64,000 bases of DNA from Balanoglossus misakiensis (GCA_040954595.2 CM082597.2:4115924-4179923), one strand, 5' to 3'; counted from the first letter of the stretch, positions 1-32,839 are shown. Notes: a model not told the origin generated them from the sequence alone. Made by a program: numbers and translations.

Positions 1-17
1 CATAGGTCATTCATCCG

Positions 18-452
18 AATGTGGGCCTAAAACAGTCACGTATTTAAAATCATTGATATTCATGATATTGTAAGACTGAGAATTAGAATTTAAATATGAA
101 TCCTGTGTTGACTACAAAACAAAAGACTCTAAAATTTGCATCTTATTTCAACGCATCTGTGTGCGACGGTACATGCCGATAGATTGCGCACGCACTCGAA
201 CACGAACAGTTGCTGGACGTCAGGACGACACTCCCAAGCCAGATTAGTCTGGTTCCCGGTCTAGTGCAGTGTCTGATGTTCGCTTTGCTTCAAAGACCAA
301 CGTCTATTTGGAAGCAAAGCGCTCAACACCCAAATGTGAGCCTAAAACAGCCAGGTATTTGAAATCATTGATATTGTAAGACTATTATAGTTTAAATATG
401 AATCTTGTGGTGGCTACAAAACAAGACTCTAAAATTTGGATATTATTTCAAC
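18..452. repeat. Diverged direct repeat of ~130 bp (18-152 and 333-452) upstream of the lectin gene
   Basis: Both copies read AATGTGRGCCTAAAACAG...ATCATTGATATT...TTTAAATATGAATC...GACTCTAAAATTTG...TTATTTCAAC. Confidence 0.75.
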
Positions 453-741
453 ACGTGTACTCCTATAAAAGTGCGTACATGTGTTTTGACAATCTCTCTT
501 CAATTTAAAAGCCACTGCACAGGCCTGAGTACTGAAGATAGTACATGCAGCTCCTTCTAGTAATAGGGTTGGCTCAACTCAAACGCCTCAAAGTACAGTT
601 GACAATCTATCGGTTAAAAATGTTCTAGTTATTCTGTGAACGTTATTGATCACTGACTGAACACGTGTTTTTATTGACAGGCTGGAACTTTCACTGAACA
701 GTTTAGTAATCTCGGACGAAGTAGCAACTCGGCTGATCAAA

Positions 742-3700
742 ATGAACGTGCTGATTGTCATCGCAGGCGCGTTACTCGTCAGCGGAAATGCATCTGGTAA
801 GTGAGCCGTCATTATTTACGGACTTTGGGGGTCGGAGGAATGCGGGGGGGGGGGGGGTATTCAAAATTTTGGAGTTTAGAGTGGAATTCCTCCGACCCCA
901 CAGGCCGTAAAAAATGACGGCTCCATAAGTAAAAGAAAATATTTGCTATTTCGAACTTTTAACCTGTACACAAGTAACTGCGTGATCTCCCTAAATAGCC
1001 AGGTTTTTGTGGTTTCACTGAAGGGCATCAACACAGACGACTCTAAAGATACTTTGTACAAGTCGTTTTCCTTTGCGCATGCGTCAACACAGCTTGACAC
1101 ATAGCGTAGCGCAGCCAGCGGTGGGATTGGGGCAGGGGACCAGACTACTTGACACAGTCCGTAATCAAGACTCAGGAAAATAGATAAAAATACTTGCAAG
1201 TTATACTTTTGGGTAAAGCTGGATATAATTCCGATATATTCTTCTAATTGTTTTTTGTTCGTTCATATATGTTTAGCTTGTCATTTTCTTGTATTGAATT
1301 CAGAACTTCCGGACCCCGTTGCATTCTGGCCACTCGACAGTGAGGCATTACTGAAGGATACATCCGGCCATGGTAATGACGGTACAAATGGCGGCGATGC
1401 TGTCCTCGTTCGTAATGCAGAGGGTACCTTAGCCGGAGCTTATCAATTTACTGGCAGCCAGTTCTCGTACATCGATTTCCCGAATAATGGTGCACTCGAC
1501 ACAAAATACTCGATGACCATGGCGGCCTACATATACCCACAAAATGGATTCGGCCCGATATTCCAATATAATCCACGTGGTTACAGTGTTTATTTATGGG
1601 GTGGTACAAATTTGTTATTATCGTCATTCTTCGAAAGAGGATCCTCAAGAAAATTCTCGCCCGTAGTTACATTCTCAATGCAGCAGGAAAAATGGAGCTT
1701 TGTTGCCACTAGTTACAACTACGACACTGGCATGACCAAACTCTGGGTAGATGGTCAAGTGGTTAGCTCGAAAGACATCGGCAAAAGTGAGATGGCTACA
1801 TACTACAGTGCGGTGATGGGCAGACGAGCTGCTTATGATGACCGGTATCTAAAGGCTATGGTGACATGCATGCAGATTTATGACAGAGAGTTGACTCCAG
1901 GACAAATGCTGGAGGCCGAGAGTAAATGCAAAATGGGCACAGGTATTTCACTGTTTTTATTTAGCCTTAACCACAATCGAATATGCAATCTGAATGAAAT
2001 CGTAATAATCCCGATCTTCGTTTTGGGTGTAACGTTTGCTGAAATAACCCCTTTTGTTTCATTGGCACTCTATTTCTCCCTTTTTTCTGAAATAGAATTG
2101 TTTACCTATCAGTAAAGTGTTGATGTCGATATTCCGTTAAAACTTACATAATGAGTGGACTTGAACCCTTCCACTCGCAGTTCTCTCTACTGATTTTTTT
2201 TGCCTTAGAATACATTGGAGCATTAGCCACAGAAACGGAAGCCTTTGTTTGATTCATGGTATAATGGGGCGTGTTTCTCTACACTTATAGTCAGTCTGAC
2301 TGTTATCTATTTACTTCTCGAAGTATCTCAATTTACCACTGGTTTTGACTTTCAACAGCTCCCCCAGCAAAAGCAACACCAACACCTCTTCCAAAGACAA
2401 CTAAGGGTGAGTGTTATTTATACTTTGAAATACCCCCCCCCCCTGCAACGACAATCGTCTTCTGACGTTTGTCAGAATAGGTTAACTGATTAATGTGATT
2501 CGTGGAATTTTTCTTTACGCCATAATCGGAAGTTGGCAACACCTCTCAAAATAAGGTCGTGAAATTTGTAATCTGCACGTAGTTAGGATATATTTTACGG
2601 AGATAGGGGAACCTAGTCGTGTCCGATGTGACTGTTATCTTAAATTCTTGCACTGTTCGATAATCTCAATGTGCCCTCAATAATCTCAATGTACTCTCGA
2701 TAATCTCAATGTACCCTCGATAATCTCAATGTACTCTCGATAATCTCAATGTACCCTCGATAATCTCAATGTACCCTCGATAATCTCAATGTACTCTCGA
2801 TAATCTCAATGTACCCTCGATAATCTCAATGTACTCCCGATAATCTCAATGTACCCACACGGTTTATATCTTTCTGCAGCGCCCACTGTGAAAGCAACAA
2901 CAAAGGGTGAGTAATATTTGACACAATTCAAATAATCCCACTGTAACGACATTTCTCTTGTGAAGTCAGTCGAATTGACTAAATCATCGGCGTATGTCAT
3001 GGAATGTTCTTTGCACTTTTACTCAGAAAATGGCTACAGGTCTCAAAATGAGAAATTCGTAATCTAGTTAGAAATATATTTTACGGAGATAGTATAAACG
3101 TTTTCTGGCTGCACCTGTCCTTTTGTCTGTAAATCATCCTTTTCGTTACTTCTATCTACTCGGTAGTAGAGGTAGACGTAGGAAAAGGTTTATTCAAGCG
3201 GTGTCCACACTGAATATACTAGTATTAAATATGCCCTCCACCTATAAGGTACATCTTGTTGAATCTTTTTTCACTTGAATTGCAAGGATGTTTCTGGAGT
3301 TTGTAGCTAGGTAAGGTCTAGTTGAGAAACATCCATAGCGATAACTAGGCGGTAACATGTGCGGTTGTGGTCTGAAAAGGTCCATGTCCTGAATATTTGT
3401 TCTTGATGTACAACATTTGTCTTTTTGACACTTCTCTTCATGCTAGTGCCGTACATCATTAATGCAAACGGTTTTCCTTATTTTCTAGCTCCGACCAAGG
3501 CTGCACCAACTAACACGCCTCTACCGCAGAGTAAGTAATACCTTCCATCTGCCTTAAGAAAATAAACACATAATGAACCAAATATAAGCTGGCTTTCTTT
3601 GGGTTCAGAAGGCAAACTTACATATGCAACTATCATTTGCCGGTTTACCTTGTTGGGAAAAAATATATTAACAATTGCTTACCCCAGATAAAGTTAAAAC

Positions 3701-4961
3701 AGCATAACGTTTATGTGTTATTTTGTGTCCATGCTCTTAACTTACGAAATCACGTAAATAAAATGGCAATATAATATATTGCATTGCTTGTTCCAAGTGA
3801 CTTTGTTATTGTTATACATCTGAAGGCCTTCGATATGCTCTTTTAATTATCGTTGTTTTACATAAATGTGACCCAGTGCTTGTGTGCGATATCTGAGATC
3901 CAAAACCTAAGACTTCCTTTAATTTTAAAGTTTATTGTTCGTTCATATATGTTTAGCGTGTCATTTTCTTGTATTGAATTCAGAACTTCCGGACCCCGTT
4001 GCATTCTGGCCACTCGACAGTGAGGCATTACTGAAGGATACATCCGGCCATGGTAATGACGGTACAAATGGCGGCGATGCTGTCCTCGTTCGTAATGTAG
4101 AGGGTACCTTAGCCGGAGCTTATCAATTTACTGGCAGCAGGGATTCGTACATCAGATTCCCGAACAATGCTGCATACGACACAAAATACTCGATAACCAT
4201 GGCTGCCTACATATACCCACAAGATGGATTTGGCGTTTTATTCGGGTTTGATCCGTATCAAATTCCAGTTGGTATGTATGGGGGCACCAATTTACTTTTT
4301 GCCCACTTCTATAAAAGGCTTTCCGAAGAAGCCACCGATCCTGTATTTGTATCCACACTTGAGCTGCGCGAGTGGAGCTTTGTTGCCGCTAGTTACAACT
4401 ACAACACTGGAATGGCCAAACTCTGGGTAAATGGTCACGTGGTTCACTCGAGACACATCGGCCAAGAAGAGCTGGAAACAGACCACGATGCGATTATGGG
4501 CGCACAGTTTGGTGATGACCGGCCTCTGAAGGCTATGGTGACATGTATGCAGATTTATGACAGAGAGTTGACTCCAGGACAAATGCTGGAAGCCGAGAGT
4601 AAATGCAAAATGGGGACAGGTATTTCACCGTTTTTATTTAGCCTTAACCACAATCGAATATACAATCTGAATGAAATCGTAATAATCCCGATCTTCATTT
4701 TGGGTGTAACGTTTGCTGAAATAACCCCTTTTGTTTCATTGGCACTCTATTTCTCCCTTTTTTCTGAAATAGAATTGTTTACCTATCAGTAAAGTGTTGA
4801 TGTCGATATTCCGTTAAAACTTACATAATGAGTGGACTTAAACCATTGAGTTTGTCAGATACCCTACAGCGACAAGTGAATGCTGCTCTAAATATTGGTT
4901 TATTATTATTTTTCTTCAAAATTGTGCATTGAATACCTTATTTGGTGTTATTTCAGGCTAA
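742..4961 (+). CDS. Secreted protein: signal peptide, LamG/pentraxin-like (ConA-like lectin fold) domain, Pro/Thr/Ala/Lys-rich linker, second LamG-like domain
   Basis: Phase-1 exons with canonical splice sites: 742-796 (MNVLIVIAGALLVSGNAS, signal peptide), 1304-1942 (PVAFWPLD...WSFVATSYNYDTGMTKLWVDG...CMQIYDRELT, LamG_3-type motifs), 2359-2406 (APPAKATPTPLPKTTK), 2880-2906 (APTVKATTK), 3489-3530 (APTKAAPTNTPLPQ), 3984-4619 (second LamG), probable last exon 4957-4961 (G-stop; least certain). Confidence 0.8.
803..923. mobile_element. Short palindromic MITE-like insertion
   Basis: GAGCCGTCATTATTTACGG...GGGGTCGGAGGAAT is mirrored by ATTCCTCCGACCCC...CCGTAAAAAATGACGGCTC around a poly-G loop. Confidence 0.65.
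1255..4839 (+). repeat. Intragenic duplication of ~900 bp (1255-2162 vs 3935-4839) covering the LamG exon plus intron flanks
   Basis: Near-identical acceptor region, exon ends and ~220 bp of downstream intron; the exon centre is diverged. Confidence 0.95.
2657..2856. repeat. Intronic minisatellite, 20-bp unit TCGATAATCTCAATGTACYC, ~10 copies
   Basis: Directly visible tandem array with no spacers. Confidence 0.95.
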
Positions 4962-6303
4962 ACCGGACATAGACGAAATACTTGTAGATGCAAGAATGAC
5001 GCCTAATACAGTGAAGCCTGTTTACCTAAACCCTGGATGTGGAACCAACCTCTACTATAAAAGCTTTCAATTTTGAGATGATTTTAAGCTGATGTAATTC
5101 ATTACGAAAAAGGATGATATGTACTTTAGCATGCAGTACATACAGAACAAATGAAGTAATATAAAATTTAAATACGTAATTATTTGTCATAACATTCGAT
5201 TCTGTTGGAGTTGGTTTGCTGGAGAGAACGTATGATTTTGGTGAAGTTGAAAGAGAAACTCGTGCTTTGCTTGTAAGCTGAAACAACTGAACTGCCTGAA
5301 ATATATTTGGTGAGCGGACCTGAGAAGCGACCATATTCCGTATGGGTTCTGAGCATGCGCTTGTCTGATGACTGCCTCTTGTTCAGACTAAAATGGCGGC
5401 CAAGACCCTGTTTTGTAGCACAGCGCAGCCAGCGGTAGAAATGGTACGAGACTAGACCACTGAGTAGATCAATAAATGACAATATGTTTCTCCCCCAAAT
5501 CCGCCTCGCCTCTGTTGGCGAATGGATCTTAAATACCAAAAATCGACATTTCCAAGTGTTACAGGTCAATTGCTATTCTCCAAAAGCAACATGGTTTCAA
5601 ATGAATGCTTGCCGCGCCCCCCCCCCCCACCCCGATACCATGCAATACTCGCATTAAAGCACCATTAGCTGTGACTTTTCGGTATGTTTTCAGTTTTTAT
5701 GTTCTGTGTATCTTCTGCAGTTTCTTGTGCAAATTCCTGAATCATACCGAAATTCACAACTTTTTACCTTATCAACACAACACATTTGTGCAGTCAGCAA
5801 TGTTTTTGGGCAGAATCTGTTTTAAAGTCCGGACCAATTGTCAACAACAACAGTGGCCGTTACAGACACACAGACTATGTTGACAAGCAGAGTACTGGGT
5901 ATATTAGCATGCTGGAATAGAACAAGTAATTACTATTGATACAAAGAAAATAATACTGAAAATATCCTGGAAATAAAGCCAAAAGATAATTGACAGTGTT
6001 TCGGACTTTCATGATGTTAGGCCTACCAGATGCTTCATGCAGATTATCCCATAGCTGATCCACACACCACAGATGAAACAAACCTTTGCTACTGAAAGTT
6101 ATTATTAAAATACACCATACTGTTTGAGTTTGTGTCATTTCACACGTTATCTCAGCCGTACCCATTGGTTCATGTGGAGAAATTTAAAAGAAGAAAATGA
6201 TGGATGCGAGAGAATAGGCAATTACACGGCATTGGGAGCGTTATAATATAAAACCTCGGGTTTCTCTACTGTTTGGTGCTCGGGTGCATCTCTACCGTTT
6301 TGC

Positions 6304-6761
6304 TAGTCTCGGTTACCCAGACGCCTTTGCTTCTTCCGATGCTCTCCAGAAAAAGGGTCTGGGGAAATGCTATTGAAAGCTTTGTAAAACAAAATGGCCG
6401 ATGTCAGGATTTTGATCATCGCCTGATTGGCTGAGCTGTCAGTATGACCCGGGTCACTGCAATAGTTTCGACAATCGTCTACCAAAGATATTTCATATAA
6501 TTTCTCCAACAATGCTAACAGAGGACGCATTTTGCCTTTCGCATCAACCAACAAGTACCGGTCGCTTGATATGAAGATACGACAAATAATCACACATTTT
6601 CGACAGTCAGTGACCCGGGTCATACTGACAGCTCAGCCAATTAGGCGATGATCAAAATCCTGACATCGGCCATTTTGTTTTACAAAGCTTTCAATAGCAT
6701 TTCCCCAGACCCTTTTCTGGAGAGCATCGGAAGAGCAAAGGCGTCTGGGTAACCGAGACTA
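6304..6761. mobile_element. Non-autonomous foldback/Mutator-like DNA element with ~155-bp TIRs
   Basis: TAGTCTCGGTTACCCAGACGCC...GACCCGGGTCACTG is mirrored almost perfectly at ~6608-6761; 9-bp target duplication CCGTTTTGC at 6295-6303 and 6762-6770. Confidence 0.9.
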
Positions 6762-7247
6762 CCGTTTTGCTGGAGCCTGTACATTTTCTGTGTAAAACTG
6801 AGGGGTGAATTTTATTTCCCACAATACATCACGATTTGCGGTCTGCAAATATGGAACTTTTGGCGGAACAGTGTAAGGTAGGTTAGTAATTTAAGCACAT
6901 GAGCTCTGGTGGTGCCCTTAAACGTTTTTGTTTATATTGAGTATTTAAACAGACAGCATCGGCTGAGAATTATACTAATATTGTACAAGTCCATGTCGTG
7001 CTTGGGTTTCTGCTAAGAAAACTGAATGAATTCGAGGTGATGGGGGATTGTACAGCAGTGCCACCCAGCTTTTTCTTTTCTTTTTGCTCCCAACCACTGC
7101 AACATGTGTTGTATGCCTTATACAATAACATTGACGGGAAATGTTCGCCATAGTAAGCCGTGTTTATATAAATTGTTTAACGATACAGAATGCTGTAGGT
7201 CAAAATATATATAAATCAATGAACATTTTCAAATGCTGAAAAGTTAA

Positions 7248-7825
7248 AGGTCTCATGCCATGCCCTATACAACCACGCGTAAAATCACTATTTGGGTCTT
7301 GAAGTTAACGTATGTTACTATCTTGCAATGCGTTTTGCCCCTTGTGCTTAGATAACAAGCAAGTAAAAGTGGCGGGTGGGCGTGTACCCCTAACCCAACT
7401 CAGTCGATTTTTTTCGGCTTTTCGAAGTTAAGCCGAAGACTTATCTTGATGTGGACAAATAGTCTTTCACACCTTTGTAAATCCTCTGCCTACAATGTGA
7501 GGCAAGGGCTTCCTTTGCTTTGAACACTGTTTATATAGCTTATCTTTGTCTGTGGACTTAATTACTCATGGACCGCTAATTACACTTTACTGTAAACAGA
7601 ATGGTACACTACGAAGTAGTGTACTTGTTTGTCCATATGCAAATACCTTCGCCTGGCTCGAGTGCGAAGTGGCTCCCTGATCACAGGCATGAAAAAAGGG
7701 GGGCAAATTCCGGCATTCGCGCACATTTTTCGGAATCGACACAATAGGCAATGCATAGACAGGTACCCTAGGTTTAGCTTTTGACGTGGAAAAATGAAAA
7801 CTTTCCAAAGCATGACATGGGACCT
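7248..7825. mobile_element. Kolobok-like non-autonomous DNA transposon
   Basis: TTAA|AGGTCTCATGCCATGC ... GCATGACATGGGACCT|TTAA: 16-bp imperfect TIR starting with purines, TTAA TSD. Confidence 0.7.
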
Positions 7826-8250
7826 TTAAGTACTTATTGTTTCATTTGAGCAAACTTTGCGAAAATTACCAAAACACTTTCCATAAAGCCACAGTATAAC
7901 GTTTGGCATTTTTTTCAGAGAATGTTTCTCCCATGTGTTTACCCCGGTTTCTTGGTCTGTTCTGGATAGCTCAATGAAATGTTCTTTTTAACAAAGCCCG
8001 AACATGAGTAACGACCACTGTTACTGTTGACTATAAATGAATTCTTGTCCGTTCTTTAAAATTTCAACAATGCCAATGTTGATTACTACAGCATGGCTCT
8101 GTTGGAAAAAACAAATTCTGAGCAAATATTTATAATCGCAGAGTAGAACAATGACAAAACAATTATAGTAAGAAAACAGCCCCAAAGTTGGGAGTTAGTA
8201 GGGCTTTAGGACGGACACACAGACTAACACCCAGCGTTCTTTAAGGAAAA

Positions 8251-8570
8251 AGTAATTAAGCCCAGTGAATAAGTCCACTTAGACCGTTTCCATAGAGACT
8301 AAATGCGAATTTAATTGTTTACATGCGTATTTTTATAATCTTAATACCTCTAATGAATGGATTATATAAGGTTAAGGCTTCCTGTATTAGACACCTACCC
8401 ACATTCTGTCCACTCAATCCATATACACGGGCGGATATATAGTATGGCAGCTAGTGTGCTTTTTTAAGAAAGAGTAATTGAAACCAATATATAAGTCCGA
8501 CTAGACCGTTTCCATAGGGACTAAATGCGAATTTAATTGTTTATGTGCGTATTATTTTAATCTTAACACC
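8251..8570. repeat. Diverged direct repeat of ~100 bp (8251-8348, 8473-8570)
   Basis: Shared core TAGACCGTTTCCATAGRGACTAAATGCGAATTTAATTGTTTA. Confidence 0.75.
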
Positions 8571-8813
8571 AGTCCTCTAACTAGTGGCTTATATCACGCC
8601 TTTTCTGTCTGCATAAAAAAGCCTCTCTGTCCTTAATCCTTAAAACCGTTTAAATGACTATGAGATACACGTCATGGGACTATAACATATTGTCTGTGTT
8701 ACCGCTGCCCGAATAGTCATATCATGTCTTTGTCCAAGGTAGAATGCTTACATATATGCTCATCTCTTACATGAATTGAAACGTGTTCACCTCCCATGAT
8801 GAAGACCTAATGA

Positions 8814-13605
<4,792 letters not shown>

Positions 13606-16483
13606 TACATTACCCGTGCAAGAATTGCAACACCAGCTGTTAAACCGTGGAGAGAATTTGTGGGAATCGGTTAGCACTTTTGAGGATATCATATCACGTG
13701 ATGTGGTGTGGTGTTTGGGAGTAGTATTTGACAATTTAACGACTTACCTGGCACGTCAGTTGATGTCAGTTCTTCATCTGAGTTTGTAGTCAGGGATCAG
13801 GAAGCCAATCGTTGGTTTTAACAGTTGAGGAGATAGGGATTCAGCCTTTAAGGCCGGCTAGGACCAGGTTTATACACATACAGACACAAACACACACACA
13901 TACATACAAACAAACATACATACATACGCACACAATACTTTGCCTTGAGAAAATATGAGAGGAGGTTTAAGACTTTAATTTTCGAGGTGCGCTTGGTTTT
14001 TAACAATGGCAATGTTGAAAGTATTCGCTCATGGATTTCTGGTAAGCTATATACAGGCTGTTGAACAAAACAAAAACACAGAAGCTAATGCACAGGGGAA
14101 AGTAATCTTAATTTCAATCTGATAGGGTCAGTTTTGATACATATGTGTGTATGATATGTATACCTAAATAGTCGACCTTGTATACTCATTATGAGAAATG
14201 AGTGATCGACTTAAAGAGAGGGACGTGTGAAGAGTGTTTGGGAAATAGCAAACAAGTTACTCCATGTTCTATGCTACAACAATCCAAGGCTCTTACTATG
14301 CATACATCAAAGCTAGGGAATAAACTGGATAAATAGCAACTATATTGTGTGTATGTTTATTTTCCTTTGGCATCTCAATACACTGCATTTACATGTAATT
14401 AGTAAGAATTCTGCCGACAGTACACACTGTTACGATATATATAATCTGTTATAAAATTAATGAAAATAACATTTTTTTTTCTTTCATAGTTACCGTAACA
14501 ACACACAACAATACTTTGCTGATTTACTTACTTAATATATTTGAAAGTTTATTCCTAAATTAACCATGTTAGTTGCAAAGGTTTGACTAGGTGGCAACAT
14601 GTACAGGCAAAAACAAGATGTCTGGAAATCAACGCCCGCCATTTTGTTCCCCATCGCTGAGAATCGGTGACCTATGTGTTTTTATAAGTTCCACATGACA
14701 CTACAGTAAGTTAAGGCATAATCCCCATAGTATCAAAAGGTATATTTAAATTCAAACTGTAAACATTTATGCAACTGTTGCACTTTCTGCAAAGTAAACA
14801 AAATGCCGACGCAGATTTCAAGTCAGCTGGTATAATCTTCATCGTATATATATTTGCGTTTACAGAATCGCCAAGCTGCCACAATATACGTGTTCCAGCA
14901 AAAAATATAAAACCCAGGCGAAATAAATTAATCAACACGCCATACTGTAGAGGTAGAGTTGAATTTAATACAAATTTCTCCCTCAGTTCGACACTACAGA
15001 AGCACGATCGGGTACTCGCAGGATTTGTTTGAGGGCGCTCACACAATACACAACTATAAACGACCGGTTTTACATACACGTGACTGTGCCATCGTTTTAT
15101 TTTAGCGAGTAGTATTTGATAATTAAATACTTGCGGCACGTCTCGAGTTTAGACATTCGAGTTGCGGTTAACGACTTATTCACGATAAACAGCTAAATTC
15201 TGTCTTAAATTGGAAATTTACTGTCAAAAAACATCCCGACTTTGATTTGAACGCCCACAATGGGATGGGGTGACCCACAGCTTACATCGGTCATTATGCA
15301 CCTGGTATAGAAGTTTGGGAGATTGACCTTTCGCAGAAAGTAGGCAAGGGTTTCAGTCAATGCAAATCTGCATGTGAATAAGAGCAACAGAGACATGTAC
15401 CACCTGTCCAGAAGGAAACTCTTTTAATCTGATTGGTCAAGTACAATTCCCTCTGCTTTACTGCAGTTGCTATTGGCCAGCACGAATGTATTCAATCTAC
15501 ACATCCATGGGATTGGTCGAAAGCGAAAGTTTGCGCATATTTAGATTATGTTCTAGTCACGTGGATGGCCTGCCACGCCATTTTCGTGTTTACCACTGGT
15601 CAGGATGGACGTACCTTGTCAACTTCTCTGATATTTCGGATACTGACTACGATAGTGATATTGAACGGTTTGTGTCACAGTTTGACCGTGGTGATACGCT
15701 TCTAAATCTTCCATGGACAGAAAACGGACGAAGCGATAGCGGGAGAGCTTCTTCTAACAAGAACGCAAGGAAGCCGAGGAATTTGTAAGTAAACCAGTTG
15801 TTTTTGAGACCTAGTGTTTGTTCAACTTTATTTCAACATGATAAGACAACCATACTTTTAGAAAACGATGTATGAAATTAGTACAGAACAGCGCAGAACT
15901 CTAAAAAGGTAGCCAGCAATTCCACTTGTAACGAATCTCGTATTTATTATGTGGGTATAGATATCGGACGACAGGGGACGCTGTTAAAAGGAGTTACTCA
16001 CCCCCCCCCCCCCCCCCACACACACATACACCTCCGGGCCTATTTTCATGAAACATTTTCCCCATATCCACTGAGGTTTTCTCCTCTGGGCTAACGTAGA
16101 CAACTGAATAAACGACAGTTACCGAGATGGAATTCGGGCCATTCCTGCAAGTTTGTCGAGCGATACTGTTGATTAAAAACAATTGGCTTAATGATAAATG
16201 ATAGTGATTTAGAAGTCAAATCATGACGATTTACCCAGGCAAGGTCCTTACACTCTTAATATTGTTTTCGAATTGAGAAAAAATCAGGACTCGCCGCGAA
16301 AAATTTTGATTGCAAAATAGTGTCACATTGTCTCAAAATTGATATTCAAAATGGCCGCCAACGTCTGTGTTAAAACGTGGCGATTTAAAAAAAAAACAAG
16401 ACGGTGAACACGCAGTTATCTTGTTTCCGAAAAGAACCCCCCCCCCCCCATATACTAGAAATAGACATTGGCAGAACCAATGT

Positions 16484-30533
<14,050 letters not shown>

Positions 30534-32839
30534 GGTAATTAAATTCCTGACAACGGAGAGAAAACAGTGTTCACTCCACCATAGCATGACGTTTCAGACA
30601 TTTTTTTTCATTAACATTTTTCATTAAATCTCTAGCCATAATATCAGCATTCACATGTGGTGGTATATGAAAAGCACTGGTAAAAATCCAAACGGTAAAT
30701 GAAGATTTATTATTTGGCTTTATCACGATACTTATCTAGACACTCTTATCAGCAGTACGGTTTTACAATACGTCAAAGAGATAAGCATTTATTTGACGGA
30801 TTCTTTATATTTTAACATACGTTGGGTAGTTGAGTTTTTCCCGCCGTGTACCTGACGCATGTGGTCATTAATAGTAATACGACCAACCTCAAAAATTTAC
30901 GACCGAGTCAAAATTCGGTGTGAACAGGTGGTTATCAGTAAAAAGAACAATGCTAATATTACAATTTAGTTACAGGGCCATTTAACAGATGATAATTGAG
31001 GTTTCTGGACATAAATGACTTCGAGGTTAAAACTTATTGTGGAGGGTTCGCTTTTCGGAGAATAATCATGGTGACGCGACTCTCGAATGCACAATTGGTT
31101 TATTGCGTTGCTGTTAATTAACTTTGTTGGATATTCTGTACTTATGGTCATGTGATGCCCATAATACGACCACCCACAACAATTTACGACCAAAATAAAA
31201 TTCGGTGTATACTAAGCGTAGCCATAAAAGGCTTAGCTGCGTGGGTTGGCTATTACAAGCCTTTGTTATCAGTTCAAGATAAATGCGGCAATCGAAATCT
31301 CTTTGCCGGTTTTTTTGTGATATAAAGAATGCGTGCATAAAGGTCTCTCAGTGTGCAAAATAATACTGCCTCATATGGTTGCTTTGTTTAAACACATGAT
31401 TTAAGAATGCGACAAACGTAAACAATTTCTGGAATCGTAGTTGTCTATCGATACCCCCGAAAGTATATATTAAAGATTTGAACCAGGAATACTAGGGGGG
31501 GGGGGGCCTGGTCGTGTCTAGAACACATGATGTGAACAGTGGTCAAGTGACATGCATTTTCGCGGACACTCGAAAAATCCAGTTTTACTCAATTTGGCAA
31601 AAGCGCTGCGAGATTTGTGGCTTATTTCGTGCTTTTACAAGACGTGGTAGCAACTTTCAAAATATCTCGGATTTTTCTACGTCTGCCTCTGTTTTTCTGT
31701 TACGCGCGCAACGAGGGCATTTTAGCTTACTATTAGGAGGATCATAAATTGTAATATAAAAGCTAAACTCTTTTAGACACCACCACTCTTCCGAAATTCC
31801 GCAAAAGAAAATTCAGGCTTACTAAGGAGGCATGAGGAATTATCGAGTTCACAGTAATTTGGTCATTGCCTTCAAATCGGTATGCCAGTTTCGGGTTCTT
31901 CCTTCTGACTTTTTTTTATTTGTTATGTGGGTGTGTTTACCTCAATGCCACTTCTAACAAGTCAATACTTGATGTGATTTATACCTGTTTTCGACACTTA
32001 TGTCAACACATTTTTATTTATCTTTTTATTTATGGTTTTTGGTACGCACTCAATCATGCATCGAGATATATGAACAATGTAGCCTGATAAGAAGGGGTCT
32101 AATTTGTACCATCGTGTACCTGGCAACACAAGTATGGTACCGTAGCTCTCACGCGATTTATGTAGCCCATACCAGCAATGTCGATTTGCGTTGTGCTGCA
32201 CGGTGTTCTCATTAAATGGCAAAGGACACCTTTTACAAAGGGCACCCAAAATCTTGTACCGGAGCTATTTTGTGACAACAAACAGCAGACTTATAGCCCT
32301 ATTGATTAGCCTACAATTTTATATGTGCATAATTAATGAGGAGTTCCATCCCGTCCAAGTTTATTTTAAGTTAGTGGTGTAAAAAATTATGCGCGTGCAT
32401 CGAAAGTAAACAATTAAGTATCATTTCTGACAAAGTCGTCTATTTGCCACAACACTGTGTCAAGTTTGAGAAGCGTAACTGAAGCAGTTTTGGAAATTCA
32501 GAGCGAAAATTATAATTGACGGAAGAAGAAAGAAGAACAAACGGGAAAATCAAACGAAACAAGTAATATGAAGCCAAGGCCAGGCCCAACATGCACATGG
32601 GCCTTAGGCCTCGAAAACTTAGTACTGAAGTCAAAGATTGGTTTCTGTGACGAATTGTGTTCACTTAGTTGTTCCGCTTCGCCGTTTGTGTCTTCAACAG
32701 AAAACTCAGACAAGCCTCTAGCTATTATTGAAAAGATCAACGGTCCTCAACTGTGCTGTGACCGACACTATTATATCAATGGTGTGATCTGTGCATTCGT
32801 TAGCAACCTGGCTGTATAGCTATGCAAACTAATTTAAAA

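Noticed and set aside
1943-2115. Hydrophobic C-terminal tails of the two LamG ORFs as transmembrane anchors of two separate genes
   Set aside because: They follow a good donor (ACAG|GTATTT) and are best read as duplicated intron; phase-1 linker exons join both domains into one gene. Intron-retained anchored isoforms are not strictly excluded.
2657-2856. Regular 20-bp repeats resembling a CRISPR array
   Set aside because: No unique spacers, no cas genes, and it lies in a eukaryotic intron; it is a minisatellite.
14570-16340. Short ORFs between GFUS and the DED exon as a gene or transposase
   Set aside because: No recognisable motifs or coherent splice chain; possibly decayed TE, but I cannot support a call.
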